Positions 63,041 to 64,000 of a DNA stretch of 64,000 nucleotides are shown here, in pieces. How positions within the stretch are numbered: the stretch's first letter is position 1; each line of letters starts with the position of its first letter. The position numbers and the translations under genes are program-made. The stretch comes from Haliotis rufescens (Eukaryota): contig NW_025963890.1 in NCBI RefSeq assembly GCF_023055435.1, forward strand, positions 37,572,001-37,636,000. Direction: 5' to 3'. The notes under the pieces are model-generated. The model had not been told where the DNA came from. It worked only from the letters and a program-made list of their open reading frames with translations, and made no database searches.

Positions 63041-63727
63041 CATTTTCACTTCCGGCTCCCACATTAAGCTGACACGCCGTGATATAGCTGGAATACTGTT
63101 CAAAGCGGCGTTAAACCCAAATCACTCACTCACTCAGTATATTCACCATCTGTAAAAAACAACAACGAGTGGCTGGACCAGTCGTCCGCCCCAGGTCACG
63201 CTTGACTGACCACATGACCGTTGGCTGACCTCGGGAATGTGATATGCTATCCATGGCTTAACAGGGTACAGTCAAAGGATGTCCGTGGCAAAGTTTCAAG
63301 CATCAGTCACAGAGATAGTAAACACTACTATTGTGAATACCAGGACGAACGCCTTATCACATCTACATAGAAAGAAACTAGAATTGAAAAAATAAACTGC
63401 CGACAAAAGAGAGTGTACACCCATGTTTCACAATGGCTAAACATTAAGCAAACAAGAAATGGTTATTTGATGGTGGTGTATCTGATACGGGTACCATAAT
63501 AGTGTTTTGGATCTTAATTTTGCAATGTTTCGGCGACCGGTTTCAGCCTCGTAACGTTTTGTAACGTTTGTAATATTTTTGCCAAATCCAATCATATGCT
63601 TTCTTTTGTCCTGTAGTTTAGTAAAAAACAAGTTCAGGAATTATTTCTTAAATATTTACATTATTGGTAAAAAACCATCAATAACTGTTAAAAATATTAT
63701 TGTAATTTTGTCCTTTAATGAAATTTC

Positions 63728-63802
63728 TGAATTGGACTATGGGTGTTTAAACGTAAACTAATTTATGCTTAGTTTACGTATAAACACCCATAGTCGAATT
63801 CA
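63728..63802. repeat. 75-nt hairpin (34-bp arms, 2 mismatches, 7-nt loop)
   Basis: tgaattggactatgggtgtttaaacgtaaactaa / ttagtttacgtataaacacccatagtcgaattca. Confidence 0.85.
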
Positions 63803-64000
63803 CAATTAATAAAAAATTGAGCTGTTAGATAAAGAATAAAGACTTACTTAAATGGCGTACGGGTCAAAACATGCGAGGTGTGAAAGACCGGTAACAGGGG
63901 TCATCTCAAAACTGTTTCGTCATTTGAATGGTGGCCTCACTACTGATTTATCTGAAATGTATCAATCGTCTGAACACAGGGACAAAGTCATACACTGCTT

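Noticed and set aside
62668-63103. Charged KREFEREQ/RENKKGRK repeat proteins
   Set aside because: Translations of a 33-bp purine/pyrimidine-biased tandem repeat with no splice or start support

Overview
Eukaryotic, AT-rich, intron-containing, repeat-dense animal DNA, most likely a gastropod mollusc (the tRNA-derived SINEs with (ACTC)n tails resemble abalone/Haliotis SINEs; inference). No prokaryotic system, CRISPR array, rRNA or true tRNA gene is visible. Host genes form two paralog clusters. (1) Two tandem 4-exon genes (11309-17273 and 23276-28760, +) encode secreted signal peptide + PAN/apple + EGF-like + F-type lectin (fucolectin/F5-8C) proteins; only the second keeps the fucose-binding His. 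(2) Three RING-less NHL-repeat beta-propeller genes (34171-35412 +, interrupted by a 189-bp insertion; 44095-47121 -; 56239-58530 -) each carry the propeller in one exon and have unrelated disordered N-termini, two with RVxF (PP1-docking-type) motifs. Mobile DNA: an internally deleted Gypsy LTR element that still carries an intact extra two-zinc-finger ORF, Tc1, mariner and pogo/Tigger remnants, a degenerate Academ-like element with ~300-bp TIRs inserted into a Penelope-like RT, an intron-containing Crypton tyrosine-recombinase remnant, LINE fragments, four SINE families (three clearly share one 3' tail), MITEs, fold-back palindromes and minisatellites. Assembly gap at 59302-59499. All coordinates and alignments were read by eye.
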